NCBI RefSeq assembly: GCF_030144855.1
Contig: NC_082730.1
Coordinates: 2,852,001 to 2,916,000, forward strand
DNA from: Hypanus sabinus
Lineage: Eukaryota
Direction: 5' to 3'
DNA: 64,000 nt
Shown here piece by piece: positions 12,745 through 25,338 of this stretch. A program made the translations under genes and the position numbers. How positions within the stretch are numbered: the first letter of the stretch is position 1; the number at the start of each line of letters is the position of its first letter. The notes below the pieces were generated by a model. The model did no database searches and was not told where the DNA came from. It saw nothing but the letters and a program-made list of their open reading frames with translations.

Positions 12745-15700
12745 TGTTGATTAGAACGGGTGAACCCAAACACAGGACACTGACACGGAGGTAGAGTGAT
12801 CTGAAGAGTGTTTCTTAATGGTTGCAGGGAAGGCAGGCGGCATGCAATGCCCCACACTGGCTGAAGCAACAACCCGGCGATGAATGGATGGAAAGCCAGG
12901 GTATTCATGCTGCAGGTTAGACGACCCGGGCGCGTGGAAGGGGTTCAGCAGGAGGGCACAAAGGGCTGACAGACACAGGTTTCAGTTGGGAGACGTGGAA
13001 TGTGGGATGAATGTGCATGGATCTGGGCAGTTTGAGTTGACCGCCGAGGGGTTAATGATGCTCTCGATTTTGAATGGTCTGATGTAACAAGGGGTGAGTT
13101 TCTTGGATTCGGTTTTGAGGGGGATGTCTCCTGAAGAAAGCCAATCCTTCGGACCAGGCTGATAGTTGGGTGCAGGACTCCGGTGGCAATCGGTGATATG
13201 CGGGTTCCGGTCAGCGGAGCAGGGCCGAGCGAGCATCCCTCCAGACCTTGCGGCACCGGTAGAGATGGGCCTGAACTGAAGGGACGGTGATGTCGTCATC
13301 GTGGGCAGGAACCAGAGGGGGTTGATAGCCTAGGGAACATTCGAAAGGGGACAAACTGGAGGCAGCGCTGGTCAGGGAGTTGTGGGCATACTCAGTCCAA
13401 GTGAGACGGGTGCTCCAGGACGATGGGACACTGGCGGAAATGCAGCGCAGTGCTGCTTCCAGGTCCTGATTGGCTCGCTCTGTCTGACCGTTAGTCTGTG
13501 GATGGAATCTGGAAGACAGACTCGTTGAAGCTCCGAGGGCTTGACAGAAGGATCTCCAGACTTGGGAGATGGATTGGGGGTTCCGGTCAGAAACGATGTC
13601 AGAGGGAATTCCATGAAGCTGGAAGACATGTTGGACAAGGAGGTCGGCAGTTTCACGGGCTGAAGGCAGTCTGGGAAGGGCTATGAAGTGCACGGCTTTG
13701 GAAAAACGGTCCACAACGGTGAGTACGGCAGTGTCTCCATGTGAAGTTTTAGACCAGTGATGAAATCCAGAGCTATGTGGGACCAAGGATGGCCAGGGAC
13801 AGGTGGAGGACGAAGCAACCCAGCAGGTTGCCAATGGGAGGCTTTTAAACGGGCACACACAGTGCAGCCGGAGAGGAAGGAGCGAGTGTCAGCATCTATG
13901 TTGGGCACCAGAAATGCTGCTTCAAAAGGGACAGGGTGAGTCTGATTTCAGGATGGCAGGCGAACCAGGAAGTATGCCCCCACTGAAGATACTGAGAACG
14001 GACAGAGTCAGGCACGAAGAGGCAACTGGGGGAGGGGGGGCATTGCTTGGATCTGGCTGTCCATTGGGCCTTTCTAACTGTGGACTCAATCTCATAGGTG
14101 AAAGCAGCCACGACACAGGATAGTGGAAGGCTGGTATCAGGATTGGAAGGACCCTCCTCAGAGATGTACCAACAAGAGAGAGCATCTGGCTTTACGTTTC
14201 AGGAACCAGGATGGTAGGTTAGGGTGAAATTAAAGCGGCCAAAAAAACAGTGCCCAACGGGCCTGGCAGGAGTTGAGGCATTTATCTGTCTGAATGTATG
14301 CCAGGTTCTTATGTTCAGTCCAAACAATGAATGGGTGTTCTGCTCCCTCCAGCCTGTGCCTCCACTCCTCCAAGGCGAGTTTAACGGCCAGCAACTCATG
14401 ATTCCCAACGTCGTAGTTACGTTCAGTGGGGGTTAGACAGCCAGAGAAGAAGGTGCAGCAATAGAGCTTTCGGTCCGGGATGGAGCATTGAGAAAGGACC
14501 GCCCCCACCCCAGTGCCGGAGCCATCCACCTCCACTATGAACTGGCGAGATGTGTCAGGCTGGACCAGGATTGGAGTGGAGCTGAAACGCCTCTTAATCT
14601 CTGGGAAGGCTGAGTCCTCTTCGGGAGTCCAGTGGAAGGGGGTCGCAGGAGAGGTGAGCTGGGTAAGGGGCACCGCTAACTGTCTGTAGTTCCTAATGAA
14701 GTGACGGTAGAAATTGGCGAATCCCAGAAATCATTGGAGTTGTTTAAGCGACATGGGTTTAGACCACTCTGCCACCACCTGAATCTTTTCAGGATCTGAC
14801 CTCACCTGCCCGCCCTCAATGATGTATCCCAGGAAACTGACGGAACAAGCATGGAATTCACACTTCTTGGCCTTAACTAATAGTTCTCCAAGAGTCTCTG
14901 AAGAACCTGGCTAACATGGAGGGTGTGCTCCTGGAGATTACAGGAGAATATTAGGATATCGTCCAGATAAACGAAGACAAATCGGTTGATGAAGTCCCTA
15001 AGGACATCGTTGACCAGAGCCTGGAACACCGCAGGAGGGCTGGTGAAGCCAAAAGGCATCACCATGTATTCAAAATGGCAGACGGGGGTGTTGAAGGCTG
15101 TCTTCCATTCATCTCCTTCCCGTATCCTGCCCAGGTGATAGGTGTTCCACAAATCCAATTTAGTGAAGACAGTGGCTCCGTGAAGGAGCTCGAATGCTGA
15201 GTTGGTCAGAGGCAGGGGAGACTTATTCTTTATGGTAATGTTGTTCAGGCCACGGCAGTCGATGCATGGGCGTAGTGAGCCGTCTTTCTTCACCACAAAG
15301 CAGAAACCAGCGTCTACGGGGGAAGATGAGGGTTGGATGATGCCAGCTGCGAGGGAATCATTTATGTACGTCTCCATTGCTTCTCTTTCTGGATGGGACA
15401 GGCTACACAGCTGACTGGAGGGTAATGAGGCTCCGGGGAGAAGGTCAATCGCGCAGTCGAAAGGGCGACGTGGAGGCAGAGAAAGGGCCCGTTGTTTACT
15501 AAACACTTCTCCAAGATCATGATATTCTACGGGAACTGTGGACAAGTCAGGGGGCTCTGAGGTGGATGAGGCAGCAGTGACCTCCACTGGGGGAAAGGCT
15601 GATCGCAGACAAGAGGAATGGCAGAACGAGCTCCAGCTGACTATCTTCCTGGTGGGCCAGTCGATGTGGGGGTTATGACGGCTTAGCCACTGGTGGCTGA

Positions 15701-17580
15701 GTACTAAAGGGGCCTGAGGAGAGGAGATTAGATTGAACCGTATCTGTTCCCGATGGATTTCAGAGAGGAGAAGCAGGAATTCCATGTAGTGCATGACACA
15801 GGCCGGGAGTCTACCGTCAAGCGCATTGGCATCCAGTGGGGTACACAGAGGCTGACAAGAAATACCAGCTTGGAGGGCTAGGTTTTTGTCCAGGAAGTTT
15901 ACCTCTACGCCGGAGTCCACGAGCGCTAGCAGAGGCAAGGACTGTTGGTTATGACACAGTGACTTGAAGGGGCATTCAGGGTCGGGATGAAAGGGAAGGT
16001 TGTCTGACTCACCAGGGTCCCCACTGCTACACGTGAGTGCCCCCCCCCTCCTTTTGGCCGAAGGGGACAGGTGGGAAGGAAGTGGCCGGACTGACCGCAA
16101 CATAAACACTCTCCTGCTCTCATTCTCCAGAGATGTTCAGCGGGAGAAAGGCGGGTCCGCCCCAGCTGCATGGGTTGCTCTCCCGGGCGGGGCAGTCGAA
16201 GCAGCATGGCTGGGAGCTACTCGGGGTGCAGAAGGGGGAGAGAGGCTTGTACTGGCAGGAGGCGGTAAAGAGAACTGAGAAGTGGCCAAAGGTGGTGGAT
16301 GACCAGTTCTCTCTCTGCAGCACTCCCGGATGCGATTGTCCAACCTGGTCAGGGAACCCAGGCTGTCGGAATCGTCTCTCACCACCAACTCGTCCTTCAT
16401 CAGGTCGCTAAATCCATTCCAAAATACCCCTTGGAGTGACTCATCGTTCCACCCCGAGTCGGCTGCTGATGTCCGGAACTCCACTGAATATTCAGCAACA
16501 TGGCGGGAGCCCTGGTGGAGAATGATTAGGCACTTGACGCTGTCTTTACCCCGGACTGGGTGATCGAAGTCCTTTCTCATCTCCGCAATGAAACTGGCAG
16601 AAGAGGAGCAGATATCAGGTTGGTTGTCCCAAACCGCTGTGGCCATGCTAATACGTTCCCCTTAGCAACCCCATGACATAAGCAACTTCAGGCCTATCTG
16701 TGGAGTAGGTCGACGGCTACTGCTCAAACACCAGGGAGCAGTGATGGAGGAAACCCCGGCACTTCCCCAGGTCTCCAGCGTAGTGCTCCGGCTCTGGTCC
16801 GTGAGGCTCTCTGGGTGGGCTAGGCTCAAACACCAGGGAGCAGTGAAGGAGGAAACCCCGGCACTTCCCCAGGTCTCCAGCGTAGTGCTCCGGCTCTGGT
16901 CCGTGAGGCTCTCTGGGCGGGCTAGGCTCAAACACCAGGGAGCAGTGAAGGAGGAAACCCCGGCACTTCCCCAGGTCTCCGGTGTAGTGCTCCGGCTCTG
17001 GTCCGTGAGGCTCTCTGGGCGGGCTAGGCTGGTTCCAGGTGTGGTTGAGTGAGATGAGCGGAGACACTGTCCACCTGGTTACCGATCTGTGTGATGTGCG
17101 CAGACAGGGGATGGAGGTTTTCCACGACCTCCCGGAGGAGTTAGTCGTGCTGTCCCAGTAGGGAAACCTAGCTGGCGAGAGTTTGTTGGATGGTGTTTAT
17201 GTCCGCTGGGTCCATGTTGGCCAGATCGTTCTGTTGCAAAGAACGGGTGAACCCAAACACAGGACACTGACACTGGGGTAGAGTGATCTGAAGAGTGTTT
17301 CTTAATGGTTGCAGGGAAGGCAGGCGGCATGCAATGCCCCACACTGGCTGAAGCAACAACCCGGCGATGAGTGGATGGAAAGCCGGGATATTTATGCTGC
17401 AGGTTAGATGAGATTCAGGGGCACCGCAATCAGGAAGCCCGGGAGAACAAATGGAATGCCAGATACACAGACAAACAAACAAACAGAAAGAGAGAAGGGC
17501 AGGGGAGCAGGAGCAACAAGGGGAAAAGGGGATTCAGAGAACATGAGGAATGAAAGGGAGGGACGGCTGGGACTGTGACA
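12745..17580 (-). mobile_element. Ty3/Gypsy (sushi/chromovirus-like) LTR retrotransposon, pseudogenised
   Basis: Gag (HQGSRHVAEYSVEF; [14 protein letters not shown]), protease [16 protein letters not shown], RNase H ([13 protein letters not shown]) and integrase ([17 protein letters not shown]). The 5' LTR at 17232-17580 (TG...CA) matches a truncated 3' LTR at 12745-12921. Flanks are CCCAC/CCTAC. Confidence 0.95.
16722..17030 (-). repeat. 102-bp (34-codon) in-frame tandem triplication within Gypsy gag
   Basis: Units start at 16722, 16824 and 16926; each encodes [15 protein letters not shown](A/T)[10 protein letters not shown](L/H)HCSLVFE. Confidence 0.95.
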
Positions 17581-19339
17581 CCTACCCCATTGAGAGTTCG
17601 ATGCTTCACAGCCTCTGGTCCAGTCTCCGGGGATGTGGTGAGTGTGGCTTCGAGCCTCACACTGACTCAGCCACACTACACTGGGACCGTGAGCCCAGCT
17701 TTGGACATGGGCAGTCAGTGGAGCTCAGAAAACAGAGGAACACACAGAATCTGCCCTCACCCATTAGTTAGGGTGTTTCAGGAATAGGTGACACAGGAGC
17801 AGGCCATTTCAAATTTCAGGATTCAGATCCACAGTTGCTTATTGTCATTCTTCAGTGCTCAAGTGCACAGGTGTAAAGGAGAACAAAATAATTGTTACTG
17901 GATCTGATGCAGTATTAAGAAACATGAAACATAAAGAACACAATAAATATAGACATGAAACAGGCAGCAGATGCTGGAAATCCAAAGCAAAACACAAAAT
18001 ACTGGAGGAACTCAGCAGGTCAGGCAGCAGCCATGGAAATGAATAAACAGTTGAAGTTTTGGGCTGAAGTCCTACCTAAGTGTAGCTGATGTACATGAAC
18101 TGATTGCATGTTCATGAAGTGACAATAGGTACAGGAATATCTGTACATATCTGACAGGAGATTACAACATAATGGTGATGGGGTAATCGGTGGAGGTGTT
18201 AATTAACCTGATGGCTTGAGGGGAGTCTGCTGGCACAGTGTCTGGGTCCCAGCCCAGTGAGAGAGCTGGGCCACAGTGAGCCCTCAGAGGGAAGAGTGAA
18301 GACTTCTTACACCCAGTCCTGAGGAAGGAAGTTGCAGCCTGCAGCCAGATATCAATAGAGGGGGCAGAGTTGGGGATACTGGGGCATAGATAGGACAAAT
18401 TGGACCCAATCCAGGGATGCGATGGGGTACTGTTTGGGGAAGGTGTACATGATAAGGGAAGGTGGGATAAATGTGAGGATGTAAGTGGTGTGGAGGGACA
18501 AAGGGAACTTGGAGAGCATGTCCACAGATCTCTGAATGAGGAATGACAAGGGGGTGAGGCAGTGAAGAGGCAGACTGTATCCCTGTATTTGTTGATCAGG
18601 ATCCCAGATCTGTGAACAGGGTTAATGGAAGTCTGGGTGGGGGTGGTCAGAGCTGAGGGAAGACAAGAGAGCTCTGTGGATGGAACAGGGCTGGGGTAGG
18701 TAGATTGAGGGGTCATGTCAGAATGAGGGGCTTTCAGTGGAACAGAGGCTGAGGGCAGATTTAATTGGGCGCTGAAACAATGAGGGTCCCTGACTGTAAA
18801 CCGAAAGGAGCTCTGTCTCTGGGCAGAGAAGACGATACCAAGAGCCGCAGACAGTATTAGACCGAACGGTGAGAGGGAAGTGGGGAATGTACTCCAGGTA
18901 AACATTGCCATGGGCTGGGAGGCGTGGTGGAGGCCATGATAGTCCTCAAACAGACCAAACCCTGTATGAATAGGACCAGTCCCACTCTCACTGAATGTGA
19001 AAGAGAGAGACAGTGGTGTGGATATGTGAAATGAGCTGGACTGACACAGCATGAAGCTAGCAGGAATTGACAGGCTGAAGAGCCACATTTGCTGCAATCT
19101 TCTGGCGATTCAGTGATTTCAGAGCTGGTTCACAATGGGCCACATGACCTTCCTCAGTTTCATGAGTTCCCAACATCTGTGGGCCCATCATTATGGGTTC
19201 ACACACCAGGGAGAGCTGGGTTTATATATACTCAAACCCTCTACAATGTCCTGACACACACCTCTAGGACAGGGAAGGCTGGGGTTACATACAGAGTTAA
19301 ACCCATCGACAATGTCTCAACACAGACCTCTATGACAGG

Positions 19340-20350
19340 GCAGGCTGAAATGTTCCACCTTCAGACCCTGCAGGGTTATCTTCACACTGGGCATCCTCCC
19401 AGACCGATGGTGTGGTTTACTGACCAGAGACTCTGCCCCTTGGGAGGACTCCCAGCAATAGATATCAGCTGTTCTGCTCTGTTGTAGTGACCAGTTTATG
19501 AACTGGGACGGTCACCTTCAGTCAGAGTGTTCCTCTACCAGCACTGAGAGACTTTCTGGCTCCATGGATGGGTGGGTGGATGAGGCAATGGATTGGATGG
19601 GACTCATAGCTGAAGCCTCCAGCCATTCTGTCACAATGGTGTTCAGGGGGCTGATCATTGAGGGGTCGTTCAGACCAGACTGCCACCCACGGCCAGAACT
19701 ATTCACCAGACCGAGGCTCAGAAGCTCTTCTTGAGATCTGGCCTCTCTATGTCATTTCTCCAGGAACACAGAGATTTCTCTTACAAGCTGCTCCTGAAAA
19801 CTTTTCATTTTTTCACACTGGACATGTTGTGCCAGTCTGTTCCTGTATCTGGAGTGGAGTTCTTTATGTGGGAATCCTCCCCCTTTCCACAGAGACCTGG
19901 AGAAGAGAATGTTGTGTAATAGATTCCCAAGTCAATGAATGGGCTCCCCAGCCAGCTCTCATTTCTGCAGCCATGAGGAGACAGTCTATCATGTATACAC
20001 GGAGTGTGAGAGGCTGTCGGACGACTGAACTATGTGAGGGACTGTACCTCAAGTTCTGCTGCACATCAGCCCTACCCTTGTGACCTTTCATCACCCAAAG
20101 CGAAGGCAGGTGGGTCACTTGGGAATTCCCCAGGATGATTTGCTCCTGGGTCTGGCCAAGGTCGTCATTTTCAGATCCAAGTGGTGGGCACTTGAGGGTT
20201 TTCCCTGAGCCAAATGCCCTTCTTCTGGAGTTGTGTCCATACCGGCGTGTCCCAGGAGAAGGAGCACATGGGCTCTCCGGAGGGCAATGTGTTAACTTCA
20301 ATTATGTACATATTGTGATGGAGTGTGTATGTTGTAAATATGAAAAATGA
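19340..20350 (+). mobile_element. Degenerate Tx1/L1-clade LINE ORF2 C-terminus
   Basis: Frame-hopping motifs FHLQTLQGYL, YKLLLKTFHF, FCSHEETVYHVYTECERL and LLLGLAKVVIFRS. A second short 3'-end relic lies at about 20910-21040. Confidence 0.7.
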
Positions 20351-21187
20351 AATATTTTTAAAGAAAGACTCAGCTGAGTTTGCAATTGGAGAGATGTGGG
20401 CTGCCGCCAGTCATGAGAAGCCTCTGTGTTCAGTGTGTAGGACAATGGAAAAGAGGGAGAGGTAGGGATGGCCCCAGACTGTCACCAACCTCAGTGGAGG
20501 GAGAGAGCAGACAGAGAGCAGTTTATTCTTGCACAAAAGAAAAAGCATTCCTTCTGTTACATAATGTCAGTGTGGCAGAATACTGTTGAGGGAGGTTGAA
20601 GAGGATGAAAAATCTGTGGGGTGGGGTTATAAATGCACCGATCTTGCTTAACCCCAGTGAACTCCCTCCACGCCCCCAGGTGAATGGCCCACATCTCTGA
20701 GGGCTGTGTGGGGAGATCGATTGATTGCAGTCTTGTGTAGACAGCTCCCATCTGACTGAGGTGAAGAAGCCTCGCCCAGACCAAGAGCCAGAACAGGACA
20801 GCAAGAGTAGACCCAGTGAAGAGGAAAATCTCTTGTCTGTCTACTTCAGGGCCTGGAATTCCTAGTTCTTGACAAAGAGCTATCGAGGTTTCTAACTGAA
20901 CCAAATGCTTGTGCCTCTTCTGAGGAAATGTCCATGCCCAGGAGTCCCTGGGGAAGGGAGCAGACCGTGTCTCCTTGGATCAGTGGGTATTCCGGGACTG
21001 GAGTGTGCCCTGGACAAGGATGTCAATGTTTTAAAATGAGAACCCTTCTCTTGAAAGTCAGTGAACATAAGTAAACTTTTTCTGTAAAAGGGCACAGATC
21101 AGACACAAAGTAAAACTCCATCAGCACTGTCTTATTGAACAGTCTGGGCAGCCTCTCTAAATTCCAATTGCTCCCTCTGACACTCAC

Positions 21188-21457
21188 CAGGTTTGGTCTT
21201 TTCACAGATGTCTCCCAGCCAGATCACTGTTGTTTCTTTATTGATGGGGTTCCAGGCCTCACATGTGTACAGGACTTTATTGACCCCTTTTCCCTCTCCA
21301 TGCTGCTGGAGGTGATAGTGGCTGCCACTTCCCACAGCCTCTCCTCCCCTCCACCACCTGAAGCTGATGGAGCTGCCTAAATTTGCAGAGCAGATCAAGG
21401 TGATATTGCAAGTCTTGTCGGTGTGCTGAACCATGATGACTGCACCTGACACGCGAT
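21188..21457 (-). CDS. IgC2 (SLAM-type truncated C2) exon, copy A
   Basis: 270 bp, phase 1-1, cag|ATC...G|GTGAGT. Encodes DRVSGAVIMVQHTDKTCNITLICSAN...FRWWRGG...YTCEAWNPINKETTVIWLGDICEKTKP, with the four-cysteine pattern of SLAM C2 domains and an NIT sequon. Confidence 0.9.
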
Positions 21458-22129
21458 CTGAGGTTGAGACAGAAAAATGAAAGGTGAATTAAGAAGATCC
21501 TTTTGGACACCTTAATCCCCAACTCCTGCATTCCATCCCAACAGAACCAAATGGAATTTAATCCAATCCCAACTCATTTCCAACCCAACAGTTTAACTCT
21601 TCTCTCACCCTTCAGTTCAGACAGTTACTGCTGGAGGAAGTTCCCACAAGTACTGCACCCTTTTTCACAACAGTTACTCATAAAACTCCGTCATGTCTTG
21701 CTGATGTCTCTGTGTTCCAGGAATTTGCTCCAGCTCCATTTCTTTGTTCAGTAGAAACTTTCTGTTAGACCATTCAGCCCCTTCCTGTCTGCTCCCCATT
21801 CCATAATATCATGGCTGATTGCCCTCCACCTCATTTTCCTGCACCAAACTCACATCCTTTAATTCCCTTGATATCCAAAAGCCATCCACATCTACCTTGA
21901 ATACCCCACGTGACTGAGCTTCTGTAGTCCTCTTCAGTAAAGAGTTGTGGAAATTCACTGGCCTCTGGGTTGATTTTTCCAGTGTATTTCATTCTCTCTT
22001 AGTCTGGAGTAGCTGACCTTATATTCTATCACTCCAGCCAGGGGTCGATCCTGTTAAACCCTCTGAGGTGTTTGGATGTTTCAGTGTGATCACCTCTTAT
22101 CCCCTCATTTTCCAGTAAACACCACCATA

Positions 22130-22940
22130 GAAGGCCAACTCTCAAATAATGATGAGTCAGAGCCTAGGAGTGAGGTAAAGAGCCTAGTGATGTGTCACCA
22201 TGTCAGCCATCTTCCTCAATGTCAGCAAAACAAAAGAGTTGGTCATTGACTTCAAAATGTTGTGGGGGGGGGGGGGGCGTGTGGAGAGTGAGGATAGACA
22301 ATGTTGCACACAATCCTTAACCTCAACAGTGCTGAAGCTGAGATGGCTGAAGTTCCCAGGTCTGAACATCACCTATAGACAGTCCTCGTCAAACTCAATA
22401 AAGGTTCAAAGGTTCATATGATCGTTAAAATATGTATGTACAATACAACTCTGATATTTGTCTACTTCAGGGAGCCACTAAATACAGAAAGAAACGGTGT
22501 TGATGAATGAAAAGCCATCAACTCTTCCCCGACACACAAGAAGAAATAAAAGTGACAGTCCCCAAAATCTCCCCTTTCCCACAGCAAAAAAAGTGACAAT
22601 AACCATGCCCTTACTTGCAAAAAAGAACAGTGACAGTAACAATCCCCAAACACCTCACTCACAAAAAATTAACTGCAACAAAAACAGACCCCAGATCACT
22701 CACTCGCAAAAAAGAACAACACTTCAACAGACTAAAAACCATTGGCATGTCCCCTTTACCCAGCTTTTACAGATGCACCATAGAAAGCATCATCATGAAT
22801 GCATCACACTTGTTATGGCAACTGTTTTGTATGTGACCGAAAGAAACTGCAGTAAGTTGTGAATACAACTGAGTACATCATGGAAACCTACCTCCTCTTC
22901 ATGTACTCTTGTCGGCTATTTACTTACAACATAGAAAAGA
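22130..22940 (+). mobile_element. L2/Rex-Babar-type LINE 3' relic (paralog about 41420-42200)
   Basis: FLNVSKTKELVIDFK motif and a later FYRCTIESII motif. Confidence 0.6.
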
Positions 22941-22969
22941 CACCATGCCAGAGACTGGAACAATCATAA

Positions 22970-23600
22970 AGTCAGAGAAAATTACAGCACAGTAACAGCG
23001 CTTTGGTCCACCTGCCCCATGCCAAAATCCTCCAGACCTGGCAACAACCTTGTAAATTTTCTCTGTACTCTTTCAACCTTATTTACATCTTTCCTGTAGG
23101 TAGGAGACCAAAACTGTGCATAATTCTCCAAAGTAGGCCTCATCAACATTCTATGCAATTTTAACTAACATGCCAACTCCTGTACTCAATACTTTGATTT
23201 ACGAAGGCTAATATTCCAAAATTCTTCTTTACGAATCTATCTACCTCTGACACCACATTCAATGAATTATAGACCTGTTTTCCTAGATCACTTCGTTCTT
23301 TCACACTCCTCAGTGGCATACCATTCACAGGGTAAGACCTACCCTGGTTGGTGCTGTCAAAGTAAAACACCTCACACTTATCGGCATTAAATTCCATGTG
23401 CCATTTTTCAGTCCATTTTCAGCAGGTCCAGACTCCGCTGCAAGATCTGATGGTCTTCCTTTCTGTCTGCTACATCCCTAATTTTGATGTCATCTGCAAA
23501 TTTACAGATCCAGTTAACCACATTATCATCCAGATCATTGATATAGATGGCAAACAACAATGGACCTCGCACAAATCCCTGCAGCACTCGCCTTGTCACA
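22970..23600 (-). mobile_element. CR1 RT fragment (paralog about 42230-43265)
   Basis: Antisense NDLDDNVVNWICKFADD and FNADKCEVFYF motifs. Confidence 0.8.
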
Positions 23601-25338
23601 GGCATCCAGTCAGAGAGGCAGCAATAGCTGATTAATTCAGCCGGAGCAATCTATGACCTCTGACATCCACTGGCAGAACAAGGAAAGTCAGAAATACAGA
23701 TCATCGGCAGCCGTCTGGATGACACAGACGGAGCAGCCAACAGGATCTATCAATGGATCTGATCAAGCCATTGAGAACACTGGAGTCTCACTGTAACTAA
23801 TTGTATTGTTAAGTGTCGACTCTGTTTCTCCGTGATACTAAATAAACTCCCTGTCTTCATTACAGAACTTGGGTCCATGCTTTTCAGGTCAGAATTAATT
23901 GGGAGTTCTCGGTGAGACTATTTAGGTGTCCTCTGTCTCACTGAAGTTTTAATGGATGAAGAGGGGTAAACCAAGTGACAGCAATGATCATGGAGACTGG
24001 CAGCAGGGTTGAAATAGTCAAGGACAGAACCTGCCTGGAGTGAATCAACAGTGGAGAGAGCCACAAGGATGTTCCAGCTCATGGGGTAGAGTGTGGAATC
24101 TAGAATGAGGACACAGTATCAGAATAAGTGCCTGCCCATTTTACACAGAGACGAGGAGTCGGGGGTGTGAGGAACAGGAAGCAAAGTGGAGCTGAGGCTG
24201 TCATACCAGCCCTGACAGGAGAAGGCATGAGGGGCAGAATGGCCTCTTCCTCCTATTTCTCATTTTCTATGTTATCCCTCTAATGGGAACCATTTAACCC
24301 TGGGGTGGAAGGGAGAACATTTCTCAGCAAAACTCTAGCTGGATGTTGCTGGGTGAGATTATTTTCAATGGTTCACTGGTTCAACTTAATATCAGAGAAT
24401 GTAAACAGTACACAACCTGAAATTCTCACTCTTCACAGACATCCATGAAACAGAGGAAATCCAAAATGAATGACTGACTGAAAAATGTTAGAACCACAAA
24501 GCCCCCCACACCCCACTCCCATGTATAAGTGGCAGCAAAGCATAAACCTTCCCCCCCCCCCTTCCCGTTCCACCCACATTCCAGCAGGAAGCATCAGCCC
24601 CACACACCTTCAGGCCAGTAATAACAAAGCCCCCAAAGAGACCATGATCTAGGTCCATCAAAAACTATAGTCCACATACCAGCACTTCAACATCTCACAG
24701 AGAGAGAGAGGTGTCGCCCCTTCCACAGGGAGTGAGGAGACCAACAAACAGCTCACTGTTTCGATATTACAGTCTACAGTCTAATTTGAATGTAATGTTA
24801 CTGATAGAGTGAGTCAGGAACCATATTGCTGTGTGTGAGTGTGCTGTTGTGTCCGTGTACTGTGTCACTCACTGGGACACTATATTCAGTGTAATGAATA
24901 CACAGAGTCTCACTCAGCACAGCACAGCATGAAGGATGAGGAATAAACACCTTGCTGAGCTCAGTCTGGGCAATTAACAAGCAGTGCCTTGGGAAACTGA
25001 TGGAATTACTGGAATCCCTGAACATGACAGACCAGATCTCTAACTGGGGATACAGTGACCCATAGACCATTCACCCCCTCTACAGACCCTCCCACCTTAT
25101 GGGTCCATTGTTCAGTTCAGGGCTCCCGTGTGTCAAGCACAGAAACAGCAATGGAAAGAGGCCATTCAGCCCATCTCACTGATCACTATGCTGTCCTGAG
25201 TTAGTCCCATTTTCCTACACCTTTGATCCATGAACTTGTCCAATTGTTTTTTAAATACTCAACTTGTAACCACATCTTCCATAGTCCACCCCGAGTGCTG
25301 ATCTCCTCCAGACTTGGTGTAATGAGGGTCACCATTAA

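Noticed and set aside
10277-17030. Tandem repeats (42 bp, 102 bp) as CRISPR-like arrays
   Set aside because: There are no unique spacers, the repeats are contiguous, there are no cas genes, and the context is eukaryotic.
17221-17290. Possible self-priming PBS (Tf1/sushi type): AGAACGATCTG vs LTR CAGATCACTCT
   Set aside because: Only 9 of 11 bases are complementary, and the LTR partner lies about 100 nt from the TATA-like box rather than at the expected transcript start.
18839-18911. Possible leader exon MAMFTWSTFPTSLSPFGLILSAALG with a phase-1 end
   Set aside because: The donor G|GTATCG is poor, the hydrophobic core is weak, and there is no homolog upstream of either intact V exon.
18162-19097. 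311-aa minus-strand ORF starting with a hydrophobic MWLFSLSIPASFML
   Set aside because: It overlaps the ghost-cassette intron relic. The paralogous introns are not open in this way and there is no domain signature.
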